From Octopus bimaculoides (Eukaryota), in the NCBI RefSeq assembly GCF_001194135.2, contig NC_069000.1, positions 37,628,273 to 37,675,005 on the forward strand: 46,733 bases of DNA. Reading direction: 5' to 3'. Position 1 is the stretch's first letter; the number at the start of each line of letters is the position of its first letter. This document shows, in pieces, positions 12,035 through 24,605 of this stretch. The notes beneath the pieces were generated by a model. It had not been told where the DNA came from. It saw only the letters and a program-made list of their open reading frames with translations, and made no database searches. The position numbers and the translations under genes were made by a program.

Positions 12035-13369
12035 CTGCAAAGAAAAGAAATTAATTCAATAGAAGAATAATTAATTCAGACAAAACACACTTCACATGTT
12101 TCTGTCATATAACTGTTTTCATGTTTTAATCAAAACCAAAAGTTTTCTGTCTCTCTAGTCTTCGAATTACTTTGTCAAATGTAATGCTTGATTATTCACA
12201 TCATTGTTTAATGTCCGTCTTCCATGCATGGTTGACAGGAGCTGGCCAGATAGAAGGCAACTGTGTCTGTTTTGGCAGGGTTTTTACGGCTGGATGCCCT
12301 TCCTAACACCAAGCACTCTGCAGAGTGGACTGACTGAGTGCTCTCTATGTGGCACCAGTACCGGCAGGGTCAGTTTGCAAGGCAAGGAATTTTGGAATAC
12401 GATGATTACTTTATATATTTTATGCACAATTTTATAGACAGCACTCTCCCTCTTGGCCTTACCCTCGTTTTCTCACCTTTTTCTTTTGCTCTTCACCTTT
12501 CCCTTTAACTAATCACATGAAGGCATTGATGTTGGCACTCCTTCGATTACGACGTCGAGGGTNNNNNNNNNNNNNNNNNNNNNNNNNNNNNNNNNNNNNN
12601 NNNNNNNNNNNNNNNNNNNNNNNNNNNNNNNNNNNNNNNNNNNNNNNNNNNNNNNNNNNNNNNNNNNNNNNNNNNNNNNNNNNNNNNNNNNNNNNNNNNN
12701 NNNNNNNNNNNNNNNNNNNNNNNNNNNNNNNNNNNNNNNNNNNNNNNNNNNNNNNNNNNNNNNNNNNNNNNNNNNNNNNNNNNNNNNNNNNNNNNNNNNN
12801 NNNNNNNGTGTACCCTTAACGTAGTTCTCGGGGAGATTCAGCGTGACACAGTGTGACAAGGCCGACCCTTTGAATTACAGGCACAACAGAAACAGGAAGT
12901 AAGAATGAGAGAAAGTTGCGGTGGAAGAGTACAGCAGGGTTTGCCACCATCCCCTGCCGGAGCCTCGTGGAGCTTTAGGTGTTTACACTCAATAAACACT
13001 CACAGCACCCGGTCTGGGAATCGAAACTGCGATCCTATGACCGCGAGTCCGCTGCCCTAACCACTGGGCCATTGAAGGCATTACAGATGGGCAAAGTAAC
13101 AGGAGGGAAAACAACTTGGTTAAAAAAAAAAAAATTACACATTTAACTCACCACCACCTCTCCCTCCCCAGCTCGCTCTTTCCTTCCCTGCTTCAACTAA
13201 TCGAGTGGAAGCATTACAGATGGGCTAAGTAACGGAGGACCAAGCAGAATTATTATAAGATGCTAAAGGATTAAAACAATGGCATTACAAACAATTTTAT
13301 TGGAGAATTAACTGCAAAATAATACAACAGAATTTTTTTAGAAAGGGGACAAAAAGAACCCCAACTAAC

Positions 13370-13462
13370 CTTTGTTGATCATTATATTGATAGACTGATA
13401 CTTTTCCTCCAGCAGTAGGACTGGCGTCATCACTGCCAACAGCAATCATTGGTGGACAGAGT
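13370..13462 (-). CDS. SEH1L: SEH1 coding exon 6
   Basis: tttcag|A+LCPPMIAVGSDDASPTAGGKVSVYQYNDQQ+AG|gttagt; 93 nt, phase 2-2. Confidence 0.95.
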
Positions 13463-13659
13463 CTGAAAGAATCAAATGGAAAATATTAAGGATATTTGCA
13501 GGAGTGGCTGTGTGGTAAGTAGCTTGCTTACCAACCACATGGTTCCGGGTTCAGTCCCACTGCGTGCCACCCTGGGCAAGTGTCTTCTACTATAGCCTCG
13601 GGCCGACCAAAGCCTTGTGAGTGGATTTGGTAAACGGAAACTGAAAGAAGCCTGTTGTA

Positions 13660-13694
<35 letters not shown>

Positions 13695-14961
13695 NNNNNN
13701 NNNNNNNNNNNNNNNNNNNNNNNNNNNNNNNNNNNNNNNNNNNNNNNNNNNNNNNNNNNNNNNNNNNNNNNNNNNNNNNNNNNNNNNNNNNNNNNNNNNN
13801 NNNNNNNNNNNNNNNNNNNNNNNNNNNNNNNNNNNNNNNNNNNNNNNNNNNNNNNNNNNNNNNNNNNNNNNNNNNNNNNNNNNNNNNNNNNNNNNNNNNN
13901 NNNNNNNNNNNNNNNNNNNNNNNNNNNNNNNNNNNNNNNNNNNNNNNNNNNNNNNNNNNNNNNNNNNNNNNNNNNNNNNNNNNNNNNNNNNNNNNNNNNN
14001 NNNNNNNNNNNNNNNNNNNNNNNNNNNNNNNNNNNNNNNNNNNNNNNNNNNNNNNNNNNNNNNNNNNNNNNNNNNNNNNNNNNNNNNNNNNNNNNNNNNN
14101 NNNNNNNNNNNNNNNNNNNNNNNNNNNNNNNNNNNNNNNNNNNNNNNNNNNNNNNNNNNNNNNNNNNNNNNNNNNNNNNNNNNNNNNNNNNNNNNNNNNN
14201 NNNNNNNNNNNNNNNNNNNNNNNNNNNNNNNNNNNNNNNNNNNNNNNNNNNNNNNNNNNNNNNNNNNNNNNNNNNNNNNNNNNNNNNNNNNNNNNNNNNN
14301 NNNNNNNNNNNNNNNNNNNNNNNNNNNNNNNNNNNNNNNNNNNNNNNNNNNNNNNNNNNNNNNNNNNNNNNNNNNNNNNNNNNNNNNNNNNNNNNNNNNN
14401 NNNNNNNNNNNNNNNNNNNNNNNNNNNNNNNNNNNNNNNNNNNNNNNNNNNNNNNNNNNNNNNNNNNNNNNNNNNNNNNNNNNNNNNNNNNNNNNNNNNN
14501 NNNNNNNNNNNNNNNNNNNATTTTGAGCGTGGCCGTTGCCAGTACTGCCTGACTGGCCTTCGTGCAGGTGACACGTAAAAGCACCCACTACACTCTCTGA
14601 GTGGTTGGCGTTAGGAAGGGCATCCAGCTGTAGAAACTCTGCCAAATCAGATTGGAGCCTGGTGTAGCCATCTGGTTTCACCAGTCCTCAGTCAAATCGT
14701 CCAACCCGTGCTAGCATGGAAAGCGGACGTTAAACGATGATGATGATGATGAAACACATAAAAAGAAATATGGTCACACACACAAACAGAGAGAGAAAGA
14801 TGGGAAGAACAACAGAAACATTAAAATGTCTGCTGCCAAATAAATCAGCATTGAATCATTGATGCCAAAATGTCTCATATTCTATAACTCTTAATATAAA
14901 AAAAACACAAATGGATTTCCTTATTAATCAATAATTATATGGAAAACGTTTACAAACATAC

Positions 14962-15092
14962 CTGGAAGGATTCCACGATAGACAACTACAGCTGAGTTTA
15001 CAATTAATTTCATAATCCAAAGACCAATGACTGAGGTTCATCACATCTGGCGCTTGATATATTCGTACCATTCCATCAGAAGTACATGTGGC
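14962..15092 (-). CDS. SEH1L: SEH1 coding exon 5
   Basis: ccag|[43 protein letters not shown]+AG|gtatgt; 131 nt. Confidence 0.96.
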
Positions 15093-15130
15093 CTGGGTTT
15101 AATAAACAAGACAGACTTAGAAACCTTTTA

Positions 15131-15374
15131 ACCTTCGACCCCCGCCATTTTTTTTTTTACCACATTAATGTTGAAATACATTGTTTTTGTTTCAGTTAGT
15201 TTTGAAAATAACAAAGACTTCACAAAACCAAATTAGTCATTCATAATCAGGTGTTTGGAATATAATAAAGCAACATGAAATTTTGATGAAGCAGTTTAAA
15301 TTTAGATCACTTTTAAACAAGGAATTTGTATTATCCAACCAAGACTGGTCACAGGAGGTTGGTACCAAAAGGAT
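15131..15374. mobile_element. Degenerate piggyBac-type MITE
   Basis: ttaaccttcgacc ... ggtaccaaaaggattaa; TIRs decayed. Confidence 0.4.
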
Positions 15375-15610
15375 TAAACACTGACAAATATAATTTTTAA
15401 AGTCTTAGCTCCAATGAGATCTCAGCACTCATTAAAAGCATTTATAGGAAAAACGGTTTGTATGGCACCAGAAAATAATAGTGTAACATGATTTTTGTCC
15501 TTGGGTAGCAACTGTTATTTCCTATTTGCTTACCCATAGAAAGCAAATGTTAAATGATGATGATGATGGTGATGGTGATGATGAAGTACTGGATTAAATA
15601 ATTTACTTAC

Positions 15611-15729
15611 CAGTTGAAGACCTAAATGTTTTGGTGCAAATTTAACATCTGTTACTGAGGACCGACTGTCCACCAAATTGGGTCTTTTCACCCATTTTGT
15701 TTTTGAGGTCTCATCACGAGACTCACTAG
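15611..15729 (-). CDS. SEH1L: SEH1 coding exon 4
   Basis: tttag|CT+[39 protein letters not shown]|gtaagt; 119 nt; phase fits exon 3. Confidence 0.96.
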
Positions 15730-16039
15730 CTAAAAATATAAAAAAAAAAAACAAAATTAATTAATTGGAATTAATTATCGAAATAACAATAGGCACAGAT
15801 GTAGCTGTGTGTTAAGGGAAGTGGACATCTATATATCGTAGATGCCAACTAATGATTGACAGTTTGAAAGTTTTTATAATGAAACTGTGATGGAATGGGA
15901 GAGATATTGAAACATTTGGATTTCAGTTAGTGTTCACAGCTATGTAGTTTAAACCTACACCTTTTCTGATATCAAGCAAGACCATTTCCCTTAGGGTACC
16001 AGGGTCCCGTCTTCGTTCCTACTTACTATGACCTTCATC

Positions 16040-16545
16040 TTTGCTAAGTTTACCATGAAGTCTCTTGTGCCAACATTTGGCTTTCATGCATGAAATTTCC
16101 TCTCTAATTCCATTATAGATTCAGTTATGAGAACCAATCAGTATATAAGAGTTCCCATCAACAGCCTGTCCTAAACTTCCCTGTGATGGCCTGTAGGATG
16201 ATGATGAATAGGAGGAGACAAAGGGATTGAATCTTCATGAACTCCAACCTTCACGGTAAAGTCAGCATTGAAATCGTCAACTCTCACTTTACTTATTGTA
16301 TCTTGGTACAGCAGTCATAAGTCGTTCGACTACACGTAGTCATAGTGACTACTAAATTACTGAATATGGCACCCTTCTGAATGCCTTTTCCAAGACAATG
16401 AATGGCAGGAACAGTACTTTACCCATAGCCAAGTATTTCTCTTGTAGTTGCTTCACTTGGACAATTGCATTCGAAGAACCCCTTCCAGGCACAAAGCCAA
16501 ACTGCATCTCATTTAGATCTCCTCTGTCATGGATCAATTATGCTA
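16040..16545 (-). mobile_element. Degraded RTE-clade LINE RT fragment
   Basis: EMQFGFVPGRGSSNAIVQVKQLQEKYLA...LEKAFRRVP, then KVRVDD..VKVGVHED..LLFIIILQAIT..FRTGC.WELLY. Confidence 0.8.
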
Positions 16546-17263
16546 TGACTCTCTTTATGACCTTAATCTGATTGGTAGTTTGGTTTTTTTTTATAGTTTC
16601 TATCTCTAAAGACTCCTTCGCCTTTGTAAGCAGTTTACAATGATATCGTTACAGAAAGGTATAACACTTTTCTGCATAACTTAATTAATTACATAGGTGG
16701 TAATCATGTATTCTACCTCATTAGATGTCTTGATAATCTCTGCGACTGTCCCTGATGGGTCTACAGTGACAGATGGAGGGATGCTCAAAATATCTGGTGT
16801 AGTCCTGACATCTCATGTAATGCAGGAAATGAACACGATGTTAAAACCATTTTGATATGGAACCGGGAAACTTTCTTCAAACACTCTTTTAAACTATAAA
16901 ACTTTAATAAAAATCTCTGCAGAGATCCTACTTTCAGAAACAATACAGAGTCCTCCCACAAAAATGTCTACACATTTCAGGAAAGGAAAAATTTATATGA
17001 ATATTTTTATTCAGTGTTCTTGCAATTTCATAAAACATCGAAAGAGATATAGAAATTAAATATTTATATGGATTTCCTTTCCTGAAGTGTGTATACATTT
17101 TTTTTTTGATAGACTCTATTTTGAAAAATAATAGGAATGTAACAGAATTACAAAGCAGAGGAAACTTGTAATTTCTCCATCTGACATAAACATTTTTGAA
17201 TTGAGAAATGTTTTCAAGAGAAAATGTGTATATGATTAAAAAAAAAACCCGTGTCAAACTTAC

Positions 17264-17369
17264 GTAGTTCTTCCCAAATACCAGCAGCCCGATCAAATGA
17301 ACACGTTGCTATAACCTGACCAAAATCAGGATGTGCCCAAGCTACGCGCCATACTGAACCAGTGTGTGC
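17264..17369 (-). CDS. SEH1L: SEH1 coding exon 3
   Basis: ttcag|[35 protein letters not shown]+C|gtaagt; 106 nt; diagnostic Seh1/Sec13 WD40 repeat. Confidence 0.96.
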
Positions 17370-17829
17370 CTGAATACGAAGAACAAAAAAAAAAAAAAAA
17401 AAAAAATAAATAAATAAATAAAATAAAATAAAAAGATAGTAAAAAACAAAGACATTTGTCTGCAGCAGATATATAAAATCTTGCAAATATTTTATAAACA
17501 TGAATCAATGAATGACCATAAGTTCAATGGACAAGGGGAAAAAAGAAAGGAAAAAATTTTATTCATTTTCAAACTGTGTAATATTTGCCTATTTGATAAG
17601 AGATGTCTTAATGGTTTGATACTTTGGTACATGGCCAGCAATTTGGTGGGGAGCAGGTAAGTCAATTTCATTGACCTTAGTATTCAACTGGTACTTATTT
17701 TATCAACTTCAAAATGATGAAAGGCAAAGTTAACCTTGGCGGAATTTGAACTCGGAACGTAAGGATGAATGAAATGTTACTAAGCATTTTTCACAGCATG
17801 TTAACAATTCTGTCAACTCCCTGCCTCAC

Positions 17830-17869
<40 letters not shown>

Positions 17870-18029
17870 CAATAATAATAACAAGAGCACTCAGAGAGCG
17901 TAAACCTCCACCAAGGCAACACCAAATCCTCTCAATGATTAGTCGGAGATGATTTTTAAAATGAGAATATATGTGAAATAAATTTGACTGCTCTCACAAG
18001 CAAGAATGCTAAGAGGTTTAAGAGCAGCT

Positions 18030-18950
18030 GCCAGTGAGAATTCCTTTAGGCTGATGGACCTTCTTATTAGAGCTGAATTAGAAGATAAATTCCTGGTGTG
18101 GAAGCAAAAATTAGTAATCAAAGGGCCTGAAAATTTATTTAGCAAAGATCAAAATTCTAGTAAATAGGAAAAACAAACAGATTTTACTTTCCACGAGGGA
18201 AATAACCTTACTTAACCCTTTGGAAACGGAACCCCATTTGGAGTTTCAGTGCCAAGAAGACAGAGATCTTTTCACAAGCCCTACAGAAGGCATGCACTTT
18301 AAAAAAAAAAATTAATAGAAAGTAAAGTATTTTGATAGAAAGTAAAGTAAAGTATTTTGATAGAAAGTAAAGTAAAGTATTTACTTTACATTTATAAAAC
18401 TATATATATACTTGTAGGAAATTGAATGAACTAATACAATCTTCTTTGTCATTCGACTTTTCAGTTGACAGATCAGCCCTGTCGTCTCCTGAAGGTTAAT
18501 ATGTAGAAAAACATTCCATGCAGTGCACTTAATGCAAGTTGTAGAGACACAACAGCTGCAGTGGTATCATGGGTAGGTTAATAGAGAACGTAGACTTAAC
18601 ATGTAGCATCTGCCCAGGAGCAATTAGTACAAAGAGCATACAGGATATAGATTTTCTCAAAAGTTCAGGGAGGATCCTCAGAGATAGCACAAAGAGTCTG
18701 TTACTTATGTGATCTAATTAGCAGAGGTGGAAGTTCTGAGAATTACGTTGCTTGAATAAGAATAGACAGGAGAAAATTCAGAGAGCTATTACCTCTGTTA
18801 ATAACTCTCTCAGAGTGAAAAGAAGGTCGTATGTGGCATGTAAACGAACTGCAATACTAAAATGATAGGGAGAGAAGGTCCTTGAATGCAGAGGGGTTGG
18901 GAAGGCGTAGAGAAATGAAGCTAGCAAGCTCCATTAAAAGTGCATGAATG
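18030..18950 (+). mobile_element. Heavily degraded RTE-clade LINE fragments
   Basis: ELEDKFLVWKQ.L..KG and YLCDLISRGGSSEN..A.IRI.RRKFRELLPLL-like translations broken by stops and frameshifts. Confidence 0.6.
18315..18390. repeat. Minisatellite, 25-bp unit (atagaaagtaaagtaaagtattttg), about 3 copies
   Basis: Read directly. Confidence 0.8.
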
Positions 18951-19553
18951 ACTATGGGCAAATGTGTTGATAAAAAATTAGGACAGAAGAGGCATCTTTT
19001 GGTTTCGTGAATTGGAACTTGCCATTCTCAAAGTTCCATAATGAAGAAGAGACAGAAAAAAAAAAAAAAAAACAGCGGCAAAAATCCATTCTGGATTTGG
19101 CCACGTGAAATTCACGAGACTTCAAACCTTATTGAAGGTATAAAATATAAAAAAAAAAACAAACATACACAGGTAAGGGGAGGTAATTACCCGTGGCCTA
19201 TATCAGTTGTTGTTTCCCCATAACAGTATTCCTTCTTGAAAACTCTGCTATACCAGTGGTTGTTCTCATGTCAGCAGTTTTTGATGCATGCATTTGTGAG
19301 CTTACGAATATGTGTAACGAACGTGAATGCATGTTCCGTGTCAACTATAATATATGGGAAACACGCATTTACGATATATATGAATAAACTGCATACGTAT
19401 GTGTACTTTGCAATCTATATTTGTGTGGCTGTGTGCTTCATGCATGGACACTTTTATTTTATAATATACATGTATTACAAAATGCATATATTATATTCAT
19501 GAAATTTGTTTTGCAAAATTCCTGATGTAAAATTGTGTGTCGAAACAGATACT

Positions 19554-19920
19554 GTTATATATTGAGATGGTCGTTTTTTTTCCTTCTTGCCAAATATACA
19601 CACACATACTGAACATCTGTTCTTATTTTTTCATATGTCCATCATACAGAACTCTTTCGTCACACACCTGCGACCTCTTCAGCGACTTCCTTGTGTATCC
19701 TCCTGTTCTGTTTAGTCCATTCTGTTTTTCTTGGACTAAATAGAACAAGAGGTGACATGTGGAATGGAAGAGTCGCTGAAGAGGTCACAAATGTGTGACG
19801 AAAGATTTCCAGATAATGGACATAAGATAAAATAAGAACAATAATAAATGAGTGAAGAAGGAATAAATAGTGTGCATATTTATTTGGCAAGACAAAAAAA
19901 CGACCATCCTGAAATATAAC
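19554..19920. repeat. 367-bp imperfect palindrome (foldback) in SEH1 intron 2
   Basis: Core tctttcgtcacaca..gacctcttcagcgact pairs with agtcgctgaagaggtc..tgtgtgacgaaaga; 12-nt loop at 19720-19731. Confidence 0.9.
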
Positions 19921-20744
19921 AAAACGAATTTGTGTATACTATGTATACACACACTTTCATATAGTTACATACTTGTGAATATATATGCATAGTTATTTTA
20001 GAAACTGTTACACATGGGTATTTTGTAGCCACAGCTTTGAACTTAGGCAAGAATGTCTGAGAGTGCTGGAATAGGGCAGATATGGGAACAAATGGAATAC
20101 AAATCAGGTTATCTGGACTGGGTAGGTGGAGTGCTTGAAATTCCACATTTTAAACTACTGCATGTTTAGGCAAGGAGAGAAAGTTTCTTCCCTTATTTCT
20201 TTATTGCCCACAAGGGGCTAAACATAGAGGGGACAAAGAAGGACAGACAAAGGGATTAAGTCAATTACATCGACCCCAGTGCGTAACTGGTACTTAATTT
20301 ATCGACCCCGCAAGGATGAAAGGCAAAGTTGACGAAATACCACTAAGCATTTCACCTGGCATGCTAATGTCTCTGCCAGTTCGCCACCCTTTGTTCAAGA
20401 TATGTACTGTTGAAGTTAAGATATAAAGCTTTTCTGTAATACAGAAGTTGCATTTGCTGCCTTGTTCCCTGTAGTTGCTAGCTTTGGGTATAATAATCCA
20501 GTTTAATCCAGTGGGGGGGGGGGTCGAGGTTTTGCTGTACATGTGAAACAGGGTGAGTCATAAAGTTGACCACCAACAAGCTCCAAATGTTTGTGAATAA
20601 ATATCGCTGGAACATCCTTTGGGCGAAATGGAAAAAAACAATCTCACAAAGTGTTGTGGGAACAGGCAAATAAGCAACATATTGAAAGCTAAATGATGAT
20701 ATTGATGATACTAAATAAGAATAATTATAAAAGTAATGCCTCAC

Positions 20745-20795
20745 CTTCCAACAAGCAGACTGATGCCACAAGCCATCTTCTGTTTTGTCCCAAAT
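20745..20795 (-). CDS. SEH1L: SEH1 coding exon 2
   Basis: tttag|IWDKTEDGLWHQSACWK|gtgagg; 51 nt, phase 0-0; matches Seh1 VWDKSESGDWHCTASWK. Confidence 0.93.
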
Positions 20796-20844
20796 CTAAA
20801 GAAAAAGAAAAATGTAAGTGCTAGAATTTGAATATATTTTTTAT

Positions 20845-21290
20845 CACATAAAGTAGATGAAACATGTGGAAGAGGGAGACCCAGGAAAACATGGGACGAA
20901 ATACTGAAGGATGACCTCAGGATGCCGAACCTTTCAGACAACAAGATGACAAACCGATGTACCTGGCACCTTGTTGTACTCAAGAACACCCGTCCTATAC
21001 AGCCGAAGTGTTTAAGGTTGCACTCCCTGATGAAGAAGATTGTCCTGCAAGAGCCCTGTGCCAGTACCATGTAACAAGTACTCGTGTTAGTGCCACGTTC
21101 GAGCACTCATGCGGTGCCACATTCAAAGTATCCAGTACACACTGTAAAGTGGTTAGCGTAAGGAAGGGCATCCAGCAGTAGAAACCATGCCAAATCAGAC
21201 TGGAAGCTGGTGCAGTTCTCCAGCTTGTCAGCCCTGGTTAAACTGTCCAACCCATGCCAGCTTGGAAAACGAACGTTAAAAGATGATGAC
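20845..21290 (+). mobile_element. 3' end of RTE LINE with 3' UTR and (GAT)n tail
   Basis: CGRGRPRKTWDEILKDDL, then ggaagggcatccagc...cccatgccagcttggaaaacgaacgttaaaagatgatg. Confidence 0.75.
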
Positions 21291-21467
21291 ACACACGACG
21301 AGTTTCCACAGTTTCAACATATCAAATTCACTCACAGGGTATCGATTGACCTGGAGCTATTATAATACAAGACATTTGTCTAAAGTGCCGTGAACACTGT
21401 TTCACAAAGCGAGCTTCTTAATCATACCTGCATTATCCACTAATTTTGCTATTTGTCTGTCTATATA

Positions 21468-21713
21468 CAGGGGTGGCCAAAAGCCATCCGACAATATATA
21501 AAAAAAATTCCATAAATACTTAATATTCACTTTTATTTTTTCATTCCAATTATGAATGTTTAATAATTAAATGCTGAGTTAAAAATCACCGTTTTTTTTT
21601 TTCGACACTTGTCTACCTATCAGTGAAGTCTCCTGTAAAATATTTTTTCCGTTTTGATCTTGGAATCACATGGGTTTTGATTTATTGTCAGGTGACTTTT
21701 GGCCAACTCTGTG
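21468..21713. mobile_element. Tc1/mariner-type MITE
   Basis: ta|CAGGGGTGGCCAAAAG ... CTTTTGGCCAACTCTG(tg)|ta. Confidence 0.7.
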
Positions 21714-23764
21714 TATATATACGTGTGAGAGAGACAGAGATAGACAGAATAGGAAGTTGTTTGAAATGGAATATTTAACGTTGCAAAATTAACACCAAAA
21801 AAAAACAATTGTACAACAACACTAAAATAAAGCTCAATTCCTTTCTCGTCGCCACAAAAAAAAAAAACAAAAAGAAAAAAGAAAAAAAATTTTTTTTTGG
21901 CGGTTTCCAAACGAAATGATAGTGGCTGGTTGACAAAGAGAAATTGAAGAGTAATACTGAATGATGTCCCTTCTTTTGTTTATGAATGGTTAAAATTAAT
22001 AACACAATATAACACGATCTTTGTCCTTGCGTAGCAAATGTTATTTGGTTAATATATCCTTCAAATATTGCTTTTGTTAGTTACATTTATTCAAATCCCA
22101 AAGAATCCCACTCGACACATGGCTATGATACTCCCACACTACTCCTGCTCATGATCAGATTACAGGGACGTAAACACACCAACATCGGTTGTCAAGCGAT
22201 GGTGAGGGGAGAAACCCAGACGCACACAAACACAAATTATATATATATATATTACACACACACACACACACGACAGGCTTCTTTCAGTTTCGGCCTACCA
22301 AATCTCCAAATACAGGAGACACTTGCCCAAGGTGCTACGCAGTGGGGCTGAATAAATCCCAAAATTTCCACACCTTTTCGATTTTTTTGCTTAAATTCCA
22401 GCAATGGACCACCCTTGAGCGCATCATCTTTCCATTAAATGTATTTATGGGGAGAAAAATATTAAGAAACATCGCTACATGTCTATGACAAAGAAACGAG
22501 GAAGTCATCAAGTGGTCATGAGATGTGCTAAAAACAAAAGCTAAATTATTCTTAAATCACACAAAGTCACGATGAGTTTATATGGGGTGCTTCAACCAGA
22601 ATTCCGCCAAATATTTTTTCTCAGAAGGAAACAATCCCTTAATTCTTTGCTCATTTCTTTCTCTATGAAGATGTGATAGCCAATGCCAAAGTCCAACTGA
22701 TCAATTATTACACCCGTCTCACGAATGTAAAAGAAAATTAACTAGCCGTCTATAATAGGAAAGTACCCAAGAATGAACCCGACCGATACAGGTAGCAAAT
22801 CAACTCTAGTACCTATTATTAATTACCCCGCCTTTAAAATTTTGAATCTTTTCGAAATTTTTCCCCCTCTATGTTGTAGATGACGGATATTTCGAATATG
22901 CGAGAAACTACGTTTCCAAAATTTTAAATTCATTAAGCACATAGATATGTGTTTAAAGAGATAGATATGAATGCCTTCCTGGGACTAAAAACAACAGCAA
23001 CACCGTCTTCTAATAGGACCCGCCACATTTAGTTGACAAATATATTTTATGAACAAACGGACAGGGATAAATAGATACACAGATAAATAAATAAATGGAT
23101 GAAATAGTAGGAATCCGAAAAAATTAAAAAACAAAACAAAAAAAATGCATTTTTCAAGGAGAGGTGCGAAACTGCATTGGCCCCGAAATTTGAATATAAA
23201 CTGCGCATACACAAGATCAATACTTGAATCGGACCGTCAAATACTTTTGAAAATTTTTTGTTTGGATCGTCATCTCCGGAATTTATAGTATTTCTGTTCC
23301 AAATCTCAAAAATTCAAATATGATGTTTACGTTTGCAAGTAAAGATTCGTGAATATCGACAACATTTTTATCACTTCCGATTTAGCTGCTGTTTTTAACA
23401 CATCTACGACCACCTGATACCGTCCTCGTTTCCTTGCCACTTCGACGTGTATTGACGTTTTTCAATAATTTTCTCCCCATAAACACATTTAAAGGAATGC
23501 TGGTGCACCCCATGGTGGGGACTGAAGCAAAAACATCTGGACTGTCCGTATTTTAAACTATAATTTTAAAAAATAAATTCGAAAAAAGTGGAAATTTTAA
23601 GATTTATGAGGGAAACGGTTTCAAAAAAATTAAAAAGAAAATTTTTTTCATGACTGTATGAATTCCTGTGTAGAACATAAATTCGCAAACATTTTCTGAA
23701 AATTCCAAAAAAAATTTTAAAAACTGATGAGAGGTTATTTGGCAACGGGTTATTGTAGTTATGT

Positions 23765-24105
23765 GGAGGCGCAATGGCCCAGTGGTTAGGGCAGCGGACT
23801 CGCGGTTTCGATTCCCAGACCGGGCGTTGTGAGTGTTTATTGAGCGAAAACACCTAAAAGCTCCACGAGGCTCCGGCAGGGGATGGTGGCGAACCCTGCT
23901 CTACTCTTCCACCACAACTTTCTCTCACTCTTACTTCCTGTTTCTGTCGTGCCTGTAATTCAAAGGGTCAGCCTTGTCACACTGAATATCCCCGAGAACT
24001 ACGTTAAGGGTGCACGTGTCTGTGGAGTGCTCAGCCACTTGCACGTTAATTTCACAAGCAGGCTGTTCCGTTGATCGGATCAACTGGAACCCGCGACGGA
24101 GTGCC
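23765..24105 (+). mobile_element. tRNA-derived SINE family 2
   Basis: ggaggcgcaatggcccagtggttagggcagcggactcg head with B-box GTTTCGATTCC. Copies at 12532-13075(-), 38204-38449, 40321-40628, 46553-46733 (5'-truncated). Confidence 0.9.
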
Positions 24106-24605
24106 ATAGATTTATAACATGCACTTTTATAAGTTTGTTCTAAACGTCCATACTTTTTTCATACTTTTAGTTATTCCTTGTTACATACATTCTGAATAAA
24201 TATAAAGCTTTCATTTCCTAAGTCCCAAGTTACTGTGGTTGTTACAAAAAGATGGCAATGTATATCATATGATGCATGGGGCAAAAAGAGAAACATGTGA
24301 TACAATGATTTTCATTCAATGTTGTCACATTTACGCTCCATTTCTAAATACATAACAAACCACCTTATATTGTTATACCAATGATTAAAAAAGAAATTTG
24401 TGGAAATGATTTTGTTAAAAGTGAAACTGCTATTTTCTAAACCAAATATTTCGACCTATATATATATATTTTTCTGTGTCTCTATACTCTGTGAAAGTTT
24501 GCTCCGTTGATATATAGACATATCTCCTTTCTCTTTCTTTCGTCTGAAAACTTTTTTTTCAATTTTTGCTTTCTCTCTGTTTACATGTATAGCCTATAAA
24601 TTTTG

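Noticed and set aside
6960-14681. Long ORFs made mostly of X (also 29916-30503, 38334-39171, 40544-41023)
   Set aside because: Artefacts of N-gaps, which contain no stop codons.
23765-23830. tRNA-like heads (also 38204, 40321, 44143, 35706-35780) as genuine tRNA genes
   Set aside because: Acceptor and anticodon stems do not close properly, and each continues into a repeated SINE body.
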